DNA from: Xanthobacteraceae bacterium
Lineage (GTDB): Bacteria; Pseudomonadota; Alphaproteobacteria; Rhizobiales; Xanthobacteraceae
Direction: 5' to 3'
DNA length: 26,549 bases
NCBI GenBank assembly: GCA_030036975.1
Contig: JASHSE010000261.1
Location: 1 to 26,549, forward strand
The position numbers and the translations under genes are program-made. A model generated the notes under the pieces. It saw nothing but the letters and a program-made list of their open reading frames with translations. It was not told the origin of the DNA and searched no databases. Below are positions 7,420 to 15,596 of the stretch, piece after piece. Every line of letters starts with the position of its first letter. The stretch's first letter is position 1.

Positions 7420-8336
7420 CACGATGCGGTCCCGCCCGCGGCGACCCGCTTGCCGTCGCACGTCGCGACGAACTGGACAAGCCGGCGCACCATGTCCTCG
7501 CCGTCCAACAGCGGCACGTGTCCCTGGCGCGGCACTTCGATTGTTTCCATCCCGGAATGGCGCGCCGCCATGGCCGCCAGGGTCGCCGCCGAGAGAATGT
7601 CGGAATTTTCGCCGCGGATAACCAGCATCGGCACGCGGGCCAGCGAATCGAACTCGTTCCACAGCGGCGGCAACGGCTGCTCGATGTCGATCGCGGCGAG
7701 CGTGCGCGCGATCCGCACGTCATAGGTTGGGATGAGCGCCCGGCCATGCATGCGCCAGCCGCGCTCGGCGGCGGCCAGCCATTGTTCGGCGGTGAGGTTT
7801 GGAAAATGCGCGTGGAACAGCTGACGCAGAATCTCGGCGCCCTCCGCAAAGCTGCGCGGCTGCGGCAGCTTGCCGACATAGCTCCTGATGCGCGCCAAGC
7901 CCTTCGGCTCGATCACCGGGCCGATGTCGTGCAGCACGACGCCGGCAATGAGCGTCGGATGGGCGACGCCGAGATGCATGGTGAGAAGGCCGCCGCGCGA
8001 GCTGCCGATGAACACCGCGGGACCGACGGCAAGCGCGGTAAGCACGGCAACGAGGTCGCCGAGCTCGACCAAGAGATTGTAGTTGTCCGGGTTGCGGTCG
8101 TATTCGGACTGGCCACGGCCGCGTGAATCCAGCGCGATGACGCGGCGCGGACCGGCGGCCGCCAGCGCGGGCGCCAGCGCGGCGAAATCGGCGACGGTGC
8201 GCGTGAGGCCGGGCAGGCAGACGACGGGACGTGCCGCCGCGAGCCGCGGCCCGTATTCGCGCACGTGCAGCCGCAAACCGTCCGGCGCGCTGACAAAGAC
8301 GCTGTTTGCCTGATTGGTCGTAACGCCGCCCGACAT
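7419..8336 (-). CDS. Alpha/beta-fold hydrolase
   Basis: ATG 8336 has GAGG 5 nt upstream; 305 aa. Motifs: CLPGLTR oxyanion segment, DSRGRG, nucleophile elbow GSSRG, GHVP catalytic His. Confidence 0.9.
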   Translation of the reverse strand: MSGGVTTNQANSVFVSAPDGLRLHVREYGPRLAAARPVVCLPGLTRTVADFAALAPALAAAGPRRVIALDSRGRGQSEYDRNPDNYNLLVELGDLVAVLTALAVGPAVFIGSSRGGLLTMHLGVAHPTLIAGVVLHDIGPVIEPKGLARIRSYVGKLPQPRSFAEGAEILRQLFHAHFPNLTAEQWLAAAERGWRMHGRALIPTYDVRIARTLAAIDIEQPLPPLWNEFDSLARVPMLVIRGENSDILSAATLAAMAARHSGMETIEVPRQGHVPLLDGEDMVRRLVQFVATCDGKRVAAGGTAS

Positions 8337-8494
8337 ATAGGCCTCATTGAGGTAGCGGCCACCCACGTCAATCGCGAAGTGCGCGGAGCGCAACCGCTAT
8401 CGCCGTGGGAGCAGGCGACAATGGCCGATTGCTTGCGGGAACACCACGGATTTGTTTGATTGCGGCCACGGGAAGGGATGCCGCCGGGCTGGAC

Positions 8495-10381
8495 ATGGCT
8501 GTTTCCAAAGCCGCGGATTTACTGCAAGAGGCCTTGGCCCTGCATCGGCGCGGCGCTGTTGCCGAAGCGGCGGTGCGCTATGCCGACGTCTTGCGCGCCG
8601 ATCCGGGCAATGCCGAGGCGCATTGCTATCTCGGCATGATCGCCTGCCAGCACGGCCGCTTCGCTGAGGGCGCCGCGCGCGCGCAGCAATCGCTGGCCTG
8701 CGATCCGGACAATCCGCGCGCCCATGTCCTGCTGGGCCGCGCGCTCGCCGCGCTCGGCCGGCCCGATGCGGCGCTGGCGAGCTTCGACCGCGCCATCGCG
8801 CTCGAACCGGGGGCTGCCCGCGCCCATGGCCATCGCGCCGACCTGTTGGCCGAACTTGGCCGCAACGCCGAGGCGATCGAAAGCTACGACCGCGCGCTGG
8901 CGCTTTCGCCCGACGCCGTCGCCGATTGGTTCAATCGTGGCGGCGCGCTGATCGCGGCCGGCCGTTACGAGGAGGCCATCGCCAGTTTTCAGCGTGCCGC
9001 CGCGCTCGATCCAAAGCTCGACCGTGCCGAGGTGCTGCGCGCGCCGCTGTTTTTATCCAAACTGCGTATCTGCGATTGGACGAATTATCGTGACGACGCC
9101 GCGCAACTCCTTTCGATGATCCGCACGAACGAGCCGCTGAGCGTGCCGTTTGCGGCGCTGATGTTGCCGTGCTCGCCGGCCGAGCAGTTGCAGTGCGCAC
9201 GCCGCTACGTGCAGGACCAGCCGGCGCCGCCGCTGCTGTGGCGCGGCGAAATTTATTCTCACGACCGCATCCGCGTCGCTTACCTCTCGGCCGATTTTCG
9301 CGAGCACGCCACCTCGCATCTGACGGCCGGGTTGTTCGAGCAGCACGACCGCTCGCGGTTCGAGATTACGGCGCTGTCGTTCGGCGAGGATGACCATTCG
9401 GCTGTCCGTCGCCGCGTTGCCGCTGCGTTCGAGCATTTCGTCGACGTCCGCGCCAAGGGTGACCAGCAGATTGCCGAGGAGATGCGTCGCCTCGAGGTCG
9501 ACATTGCGGTCGACCTCATGGGGTTCACCAAGGACCATCGACTCGGCGTGCTGGCGCGCCGGCCCGCGCCTATCCAGGTCAATTACCTCGGTTATCCCGG
9601 CACCATGGGCGCGCCCTACGTCGATTACATCATTGCCGACGGCACCGTCATTCCGGAAGAAGACGAGGCCTGCTACGCCGAGCGCGTGGTGCGGCTTCCC
9701 GGTACCTATCAGGTCAACGACGCCAAGCGGCCGATCAGCGCGTCTACGCCGTCACGGCGCGACTGCGGCCTGCCGGACGATGCCTTCGTGTTCTGCTGCT
9801 TCAACAACACGCAAAAGCTCAATCCCGACGTTTTCGACGTCTGGATGCGCGTGTTGCGGGCCGCGGAGAACAGCGTGCTGTGGTTGCTCGAAGGCAGCGT
9901 CACGGCGGCGGCGAACCTGCGCGCCGCCGCCGAGCGACGGGGCGTTGCTGCGCGCCGGCTGATTTTCGCCGGCAAGACCAGCTTGCCGGAGCATTTGGCG
10001 CGGCAACGCCAGGCTGATCTGTTCCTCGACACGCTGCCCTGCAACGCTCACACCACGGCGAGCGATGCGCTATGGGCCGGCTTGCCAGTGCTGACGCAGA
10101 TGGGTGCGGCTTTTCCGGGCCGGGTGGCCGCGAGCCTGTTGCGCGCCGTCGGCCTGCCGGAGTTGATCGTGGCAACGCCGCAGGATTACGAAAAGCGGGC
10201 GATCGAGCTTGCGGAGAACCCCGACGCCTTGGCGACGCTCCGGCGCCGGCTTGCCGCCAACCGCGCCACGACAGCTTTGTTCGACACCGCACTGTTTGCG
10301 CGCCGGATCGAAGCCGCCTACACGGCCATGTACCAGCGCTATCAAGCCGGCTTGGCGCCTGCGAAAATCATCGTCGATTGA
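8495..10381 (+). CDS. TPR-containing GT41 glycosyltransferase (OGT-like), paralog 3, 5 TPRs
   Basis: Probable ATG at 8495 (628 aa). Motifs: RVAYLSADFREHATSHL, DLMGFT, PAPIQVNYLGYPGT, CCFNNTQKLN, DLFLDTLPCNAHTTASDALWAGLP, FPGRVAASLL. Confidence 0.93.
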   Translation: MAVSKAADLLQEALALHRRGAVAEAAVRYADVLRADPGNAEAHCYLGMIACQHGRFAEGAARAQQSLACDPDNPRAHVLLGRALAALGRPDAALASFDRAIALEPGAARAHGHRADLLAELGRNAEAIESYDRALALSPDAVADWFNRGGALIAAGRYEEAIASFQRAAALDPKLDRAEVLRAPLFLSKLRICDWTNYRDDAAQLLSMIRTNEPLSVPFAALMLPCSPAEQLQCARRYVQDQPAPPLLWRGEIYSHDRIRVAYLSADFREHATSHLTAGLFEQHDRSRFEITALSFGEDDHSAVRRRVAAAFEHFVDVRAKGDQQIAEEMRRLEVDIAVDLMGFTKDHRLGVLARRPAPIQVNYLGYPGTMGAPYVDYIIADGTVIPEEDEACYAERVVRLPGTYQVNDAKRPISASTPSRRDCGLPDDAFVFCCFNNTQKLNPDVFDVWMRVLRAAENSVLWLLEGSVTAAANLRAAAERRGVAARRLIFAGKTSLPEHLARQRQADLFLDTLPCNAHTTASDALWAGLPVLTQMGAAFPGRVAASLLRAVGLPELIVATPQDYEKRAIELAENPDALATLRRRLAANRATTALFDTALFARRIEAAYTAMYQRYQAGLAPAKIIVD

Positions 10382-10385
10382 TACT

Positions 10386-10528
10386 TCGTCGTTCCGGGGG
10401 CGGGCCAACGGGTCCGGCTCGAAATGGCCGGCCCGATGACAAGCTCCGCGAGGAACCCGGAATCCATAATCCCAGCGCAGGGGTTATGGATTCCGGATTC
10501 GCCGCTTGGCGGCGATCCGGAATGACGA
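10386..10528. repeat. Composite intergenic palindromic repeat (GTCATTCC/GGAATGAC-type REP/MITE-like element)
   Basis: Terminal inverted repeats TCGTCGTTCCGG (10386-10397) and CCGGAATGACGA (10517-10528), one mismatch. Internal hairpins at 10409-10435, 10457-10496 (CCGGAATCCATAA/TTATGGATTCCGG, 13 bp perfect) and 10493-10520. Lies between convergent genes. Confidence 0.8.
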
Positions 10529-10536
10529 GTGAAGGG

Positions 10537-12753
10537 CTACGACGCGCCGCGGTGGAGATCGGCTTCGATCAGGAGATTCGGATTGTTTTCGAGCCGGGCG
10601 CGGTAGACCTGCATGTTTTCCAGAATGCGCTGCACGTAATAGCGCGTTTCCGAGATCGGGATGCGCTCGATCCAATCCACCGGGTCGATTCTGGGATCAC
10701 GCGGATCGCCGTATTGCGCGATCCATTCGTTGGCGCGGTGCGGGCCGGCATTGTAGGCGACGAAGGCCAGGATATAGGAGCCGCGATACGCGTTGATATC
10801 GTCGCCAAGCTCGGCAGTGCCCAGCTGGGCGTTATAGGCGACGTCGCCGAGCAGCCGTTTCTCGTCGAACGTCACTTTGAACTTGCGCGCGGTGTTGCGG
10901 CCGGCCTCGGGCGTGACCTGCATCAGGCCGAGCGCATGCGCGCCGGAGACCACCTTGGTGTTGAACGCGCTTTCCTGGCGCACGATCGAATAAACCACGT
11001 AGCGCTCGACCTGCGGTCCGATCTGCCGGTAATCAGGGACGCCGAAATCGGGGAAGGCGTAGCGCTCGAACGGCAGGCCGTGGCCGAGCGCCGCCTTGCC
11101 GATGAGCAAAGTGGCGCGCGCGTCGTTGTGACGGGCGGCGATCTCGGCGAGCCGCGCCAGTCCCGGCCCGTCGGTCGACTTATCGGCAATGTCGGCGGCC
11201 ATGCCGGCAACAATGTCGCGCTCGTCGATGGCATAAAGAATCTCGAAGGCGCGGCCGAGTTCGAGCGGGCGGTGCTCGGCTGGCGGCGGCTCGCGCAGCG
11301 TCACCGCATCGAGATGCAGCTCGGCGCGGGCCAGTTGGCCATAATAGGCGGTCGGAAAGCGCGCCGCGACTTCGTAGTAGCCGCGCGCGTCGCGCTCGCG
11401 GCCGAGCGCCTGGGCGGCACGGCCCTGCCAATAGAACGAGCGCGCCAGCGTGATCGGGTTGGTGACGCCCTCGGCGATGCGTGCGAAATGCGGCAGCGCC
11501 AGCTGCGGCTCGTGCAGAAAACGCAGTGCAATCCAGCCGGCGGTGAATTGCTGCTCGGCGCGCGCGTTCTCGCTGGTCGGACTAGCGGCGTCGTCGGCGA
11601 TCGCATAGGCAGTCTTGGCGTCGCCGAGGTCGAGCAGCTTGCGCGCGATCAGCCGCCGCTCGACCCACCATTGATCGAGATCGCGCAGTTTTTCCGAATC
11701 GCGCGGCGCCTCCAGCATCCATCGCGCGGCTTCCCGGATCCTATCGCCGCGGCGCAGCCATTGGATGCGGCTGAACATGTAGCCGGGATCGTGTTGCGCG
11801 GCGGCCGGCACGGCATTGAGCAGAGCCCTGGCGTTGCCGGCCTTGTTGTTGACGGCGACGCGCGCTTTGGCGATCGCCTGCTGGGCGGCATCGAGATGCT
11901 GCGCCGCCCGCAGGCCGGCGTCGTTCTCTTCGAGATAAAGACGCCCATCCATGCGAGCTTTGTCATCGGCCGGCGTGATCAGGCCGGCGAACGCGGTGCG
12001 TGCCTGCGCTTCCACGGCTTCGGAAAAACCGTCGAGCTGCCAAGCGGTGCGCACTGCAGCCGCGGCGCGGCCGGCGTCGCCCTTGACCAGATAGGCACGG
12101 GCCAGCGCGAAATAACCTTTGGCGCTCAGCGGCTCCTGGTTGCGGAAATAGTTGAGCGTGGTTTGCGCATCGACCTGCTGCTGCCACAGCGCGGCCTCGG
12201 CATGGCGGCGCAATGTAATGAGGCTCGGCCAGGTCGGATTGGCGGCGATGAAAACGGCGTAACGCGAAAAATCAACGCTGCTGTCGTCGCTGCGCAGGAT
12301 GGTCCATTCGACCAGCTTGCGGGCCAGCGGATCCGAGATGCTGTGCTCGATATTGGTGGCTTCGTCGGCGCGGTCCTTGTGGACCATGCTGATGGCCTGT
12401 TTGACTGCCGCGAGGTCGAGCGGCGAGGTCGCGGTAGCTGCGGTGACGGCAAGCGGCGGGCCAGTCCGCGCCGGCGGGGCGGTGAAGCTTGGGGGCGGCG
12501 ATCCGCCGAACGGGGCCGCGTTCGATATCCGCGCCGAACCGGGATGCGTGCCGGACGACGCAGGCGGAGCCGCGCCGCCCTTGCGGGCGGTTTCCCTATG
12601 GTTTGCTTTGGCCGCTTTGTCGCCCTTGATGGCCGGCCGCGGCTTGGGTAGCGGGACATGGCCGCGCAGCGGCGCAGCCCAGGGTGATCCGGCAAAGAGG
12701 CCGAGACAAAGCCCACATGCGGCCAAGGTCGCGATGAGCCGGAACGCAGTCAC
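10537..12753 (-). CDS. slt: Soluble lytic murein transglycosylase, Slt70-like
   Basis: GTG start with GGAGG ribosome-binding site, N-terminal signal peptide, Pro/Ala-rich linker, alpha-helical region, and C-terminal catalytic motifs IVRQES, GLMQV, AYNAGP, ETRYYV. Confidence 0.92.
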   Translation of the reverse strand: MTAFRLIATLAACGLCLGLFAGSPWAAPLRGHVPLPKPRPAIKGDKAAKANHRETARKGGAAPPASSGTHPGSARISNAAPFGGSPPPSFTAPPARTGPPLAVTAATATSPLDLAAVKQAISMVHKDRADEATNIEHSISDPLARKLVEWTILRSDDSSVDFSRYAVFIAANPTWPSLITLRRHAEAALWQQQVDAQTTLNYFRNQEPLSAKGYFALARAYLVKGDAGRAAAAVRTAWQLDGFSEAVEAQARTAFAGLITPADDKARMDGRLYLEENDAGLRAAQHLDAAQQAIAKARVAVNNKAGNARALLNAVPAAAQHDPGYMFSRIQWLRRGDRIREAARWMLEAPRDSEKLRDLDQWWVERRLIARKLLDLGDAKTAYAIADDAASPTSENARAEQQFTAGWIALRFLHEPQLALPHFARIAEGVTNPITLARSFYWQGRAAQALGRERDARGYYEVAARFPTAYYGQLARAELHLDAVTLREPPPAEHRPLELGRAFEILYAIDERDIVAGMAADIADKSTDGPGLARLAEIAARHNDARATLLIGKAALGHGLPFERYAFPDFGVPDYRQIGPQVERYVVYSIVRQESAFNTKVVSGAHALGLMQVTPEAGRNTARKFKVTFDEKRLLGDVAYNAQLGTAELGDDINAYRGSYILAFVAYNAGPHRANEWIAQYGDPRDPRIDPVDWIERIPISETRYYVQRILENMQVYRARLENNPNLLIEADLHRGAS

Positions 12754-12813
12754 CCGTTCTTCCTCCTGCGGTGGCGCCGTCGTTTCCGCCTGAAGCGGTC
12801 TTGGATCGTCAAG

Positions 12814-12829
12814 GTTGAGGAACCCCTAA
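12814..12829 (-). promoter_or_regulatory. CtrA-box-like site upstream of slt
   Basis: The minus strand reads TTAG-GGGTTCC-TCAAC, two mismatches to the CtrA consensus TTAA-N7-TTAAC, 60 nt upstream of the slt start. Confidence 0.35.
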
Positions 12830-13055
12830 CCGGTGCAGCGGCCGCATCGTTCCATTCTATACGAGTCCATGGGTTTCGCAGCAAAAGCACGGCGCGCTAT
12901 CCGTCACCGCTGTCCACCGCCGCGTGGCGTGGCATCATTCGATCGAGCCGGGGGGTCTTTTAACGCTGGCCGGGACCCGATATTTATTTACGGATGGCCG
13001 GTCGTATTGCCGCAGGCGTTCCGACCTGCTCGGCTGACCGGCGGAGACCAGTGCC

Positions 13056-13946
13056 ATGACCGCCAAGACCACCTTTCGAGGCTCATTCACTGCGCTCGTC
13101 ACGCCTTTCAAGAACGGCGGGATCGACGAAAAGGCGTTCCGCGATCTGGTCAACTGGCAGATTGCCGAAGGCACCAACGGCCTGGTGCCGGTCGGCACGA
13201 CCGGCGAAAGTCCGACACTGTCCCACGAGGAGCACGAGGACGTCGTCGAATGGTGCATCGAAGAGGCGCACGGCCGCGTGCCGGTGATCGCCGGCGCCGG
13301 TTCGAATTCGACCAAGGAGGCGATCGCCCTGGCGCAGCACGCCGAAAAAGCCGGCGCCGACGCGGTGCTCGTCATCACGCCGTACTACAACAAGCCGACC
13401 CAGGAAGGCCTCTATCAGCATTTCAAGGCGGTCAACGACTCGATCGGTATTCCGATCATCATCTACAACATCCCGCCGCGCTCGGTGATCGACATGTCGG
13501 TCGACACCATGAAGCGGCTGTTCGAGCTGAAAAACATCGCCGGCGTGAAGGATGCCACCGGCAGCCTGGTACGCGCCTCGCAGCAGCGCGCCGCCATGGG
13601 ACCCGACTTCAATCAGCTGTCCGGCGACGATGCGCTGGCGCTCGGCTTCATGGCGCATGGCGGCCATGGCTGCATCTCCGTCACCGCCAATGTAGCGCCG
13701 CGACTGTGCGCCGAGTTTCAGGCTTCTTGCCTGAAGGGCGACTTCGCAACCGCGTTGCGCTACCAGGACAAGCTGATGCCGCTGCACGCCGCGCTGTTCA
13801 TCGAAGCCAATCCGGCGCCGGTGAAATATGCGCTGTCGGTGGTCGGCCGCTGTGCCGAGACAGTGCGGCTGCCGATGGTCGCGGTCGCCGAAAAAACCCG
13901 CGCGGTGGTGCGCGACGCCATGGTGCATGCCGGCTTGATCAACTAA
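13056..13946 (+). CDS. dapA: 4-hydroxy-tetrahydrodipicolinate synthase
   Basis: [32 protein letters not shown], Schiff-base Lys in GVKDAT, NPAPVK; GGAG ribosome-binding site. Confidence 0.97.
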   Translation: MTAKTTFRGSFTALVTPFKNGGIDEKAFRDLVNWQIAEGTNGLVPVGTTGESPTLSHEEHEDVVEWCIEEAHGRVPVIAGAGSNSTKEAIALAQHAEKAGADAVLVITPYYNKPTQEGLYQHFKAVNDSIGIPIIIYNIPPRSVIDMSVDTMKRLFELKNIAGVKDATGSLVRASQQRAAMGPDFNQLSGDDALALGFMAHGGHGCISVTANVAPRLCAEFQASCLKGDFATALRYQDKLMPLHAALFIEANPAPVKYALSVVGRCAETVRLPMVAVAEKTRAVVRDAMVHAGLIN

Positions 13947-14020
13947 CACGGACGCCGGATGATTGGCTCGGATCGCAGCCCGTCGCATTGCGAGCTGCTC
14001 AAGGTGCTGATACTGAAACC

Positions 14021-14491
14021 ATGGCCAAAGCGGAACGTAAGCTGCGCGTCGTCGCCGACAACCGCAAAGCCCGCTTCAACTACTTCATCGAAGAGGCCAT
14101 GGAGGCCGGGCTCGCGCTCACCGGCACCGAGGTCAAATCGCTGCGCCAGGGCAAGGCGACGATCGCCGAATCGTACGCCGATGCCCGCGGCGGCGAGATC
14201 TGGCTGATCAATTCCAACATTCCCGAATACCTGCAGGCGAACCGATTCAACCATGCGCCGAAGCGGCCGCGCAAGCTGTTGCTGCATCGCCGGCAGATCA
14301 GCAAGCTGATCGGTGCGGTGGAGCGCGAGGGTATGACGCTCGTTCCGCTCAAACTTTATTTCAATGAAAAAGGCCGCGCCAAGGTCGAGCTGGCGCTGGC
14401 CCGCGGCAAAAAGCTTTACGACAAGCGCGAGACCGAAAAGAAGCGCTCATGGGAACGCGAGCGCGGCCGGTTGATGCGGCAGAAAGGGTGA
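14021..14491 (+). CDS. smpB: SsrA-binding protein SmpB
   Basis: C-terminal 156 aa of the 12833..14491 ORF. Motifs: [40 protein letters not shown]. Confidence 0.97.
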   Translation: MAKAERKLRVVADNRKARFNYFIEEAMEAGLALTGTEVKSLRQGKATIAESYADARGGEIWLINSNIPEYLQANRFNHAPKRPRKLLLHRRQISKLIGAVEREGMTLVPLKLYFNEKGRAKVELALARGKKLYDKRETEKKRSWERERGRLMRQKG

Positions 14492-14495
14492 ACAC

Positions 14496-14903
14496 ATGGT
14501 GCCGACCAGGCTCGATCACTGCGTCATTCACGTCACCGACTGGGAGCGCTCCAACGCGTTCTTCACGACGGTGCTGGGCGCCCAACTCATCGCGCGGCCG
14601 GTTGGCTACGCCTACCGGTTCGGCGACCTGCAGCTCAATGTGCACGGGCCGGGCGTCGCGCCTGCCGAAGTGGCGCGGCTGCCGGTCGCTCCCGGCAACA
14701 GCGATCTGTGCTTCGAATGGATGGGACCGATCGCCGACGCCATTGCCCATCTGCAGCGCTGCGGCGTCGCCGTCGAGCGTGGACCAATGCAGCGCTTCGG
14801 CGCCAAAGGCGCGGGCACCAGCGTCTATTTCCGCGATCCGGACGGCTCGCTGATGGAATTCATGTCGTACGCCGGGCGTGACATAAGCGATGCGCCGCTA
14901 TGA
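14496..14903 (+). CDS. VOC (glyoxalase/dioxygenase) family protein
   Basis: RLDHCVIHVTD, DLCFEW, GPMQRFGAKG, SVYFRDPDGSLMEF. Starts 4 nt after the smpB stop. Confidence 0.88.
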   Translation: MVPTRLDHCVIHVTDWERSNAFFTTVLGAQLIARPVGYAYRFGDLQLNVHGPGVAPAEVARLPVAPGNSDLCFEWMGPIADAIAHLQRCGVAVERGPMQRFGAKGAGTSVYFRDPDGSLMEFMSYAGRDISDAPL

Positions 14904-15578
14904 TTGGGGGCACCGCGCAGCAATGGTTGCCGTGTCGCCGGTCTCAAGGTGCTTGCGAATATTGACGATGACCGCACGAAACATGTCCGCCGTCAGCACG
15001 CCCGTGTTGGTGTTGTAACGCGAGCAGTGATAGCTGTCGAACAGCGCGAGCGCGCCGACGTGGTGCACGCGGCCGTGGCCGAACGGATAATCCGCGCGCC
15101 GCGCTCCGCACGCCAGGACGAAGCTCTCGTGGGCGATGCGGCCGAGCGCCAGCACGGCGGCAAGGCGTGGCATGTCTTTGAACGTCGCGGCAAGAAATGG
15201 CCGGCAAGCAGCGATCTCCTCGGGCGTCGGCTTGTTTTCGGGTGGCACGCAGCGCACCGCGTTGGTGATGCGGCAGTCGACGAGTGTAAAGCCGTCATCG
15301 GCGCGCGCTCCGTAGGTCCCGGCGGCGAAACCGAGCCGCTTGAGCGTGCCGTAGAGCAGATCGCCGGCGTAATCCCCCGTAAACGGCCGGCCGGTGCGGT
15401 TGGCGCCGCGCAGGCCGGGCGCCAGGCCGACGATCAGCAGGCGGGCGTCGCGCGGTCCGAACGAATCGACCGGGGCGTTGAACCAGTCGGGCTCTTGCGC
15501 GCGCCACGATTTCCGGAAGGCAACGAGGCGAGGGCAGCGCGGGCAATTGCGGCCGGGCGCGCCGCTCTGTTGCGGCAT
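14898..15578 (-). CDS. Uracil-DNA glycosylase, family 5 (UdgB-like), Fe-S type
   Basis: N-terminal CPRCPRL, motif A GLAPGLRGANRTGRPFTGD, NAVRCVPP, E..AC, motif B YHCS. Confidence 0.92.
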   Translation of the reverse strand: MPQQSGAPGRNCPRCPRLVAFRKSWRAQEPDWFNAPVDSFGPRDARLLIVGLAPGLRGANRTGRPFTGDYAGDLLYGTLKRLGFAAGTYGARADDGFTLVDCRITNAVRCVPPENKPTPEEIAACRPFLAATFKDMPRLAAVLALGRIAHESFVLACGARRADYPFGHGRVHHVGALALFDSYHCSRYNTNTGVLTADMFRAVIVNIRKHLETGDTATIAARCPQS

Positions 15579-15596
15579 TGCCGCGCTCCGAAGCCG

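Noticed and set aside
10072-12651. 859-aa plus-strand ORF
   Set aside because: Antisense shadow of slt that runs through the palindromic repeat. It has no recognisable motifs, and long antisense frames are expected with high-GC codon bias.
12715-12753. Lipobox-like LAAC in the Slt signal peptide
   Set aside because: The hydrophobic stretch before the Cys is short and a signal peptidase I site (PWA-AP) fits as well. It cannot be decided by eye.
12833-14020. Apparent 396-aa N-terminal extension of SmpB
   Set aside because: It overlaps dapA in another frame and has low-complexity Arg/Gly composition. SmpB homology begins at ATG 14021.
13947-14500. tmRNA (ssrA) gene beside smpB
   Set aside because: The intergenic gaps are too short and I recognise no tRNA-like ends or tag reading frame.
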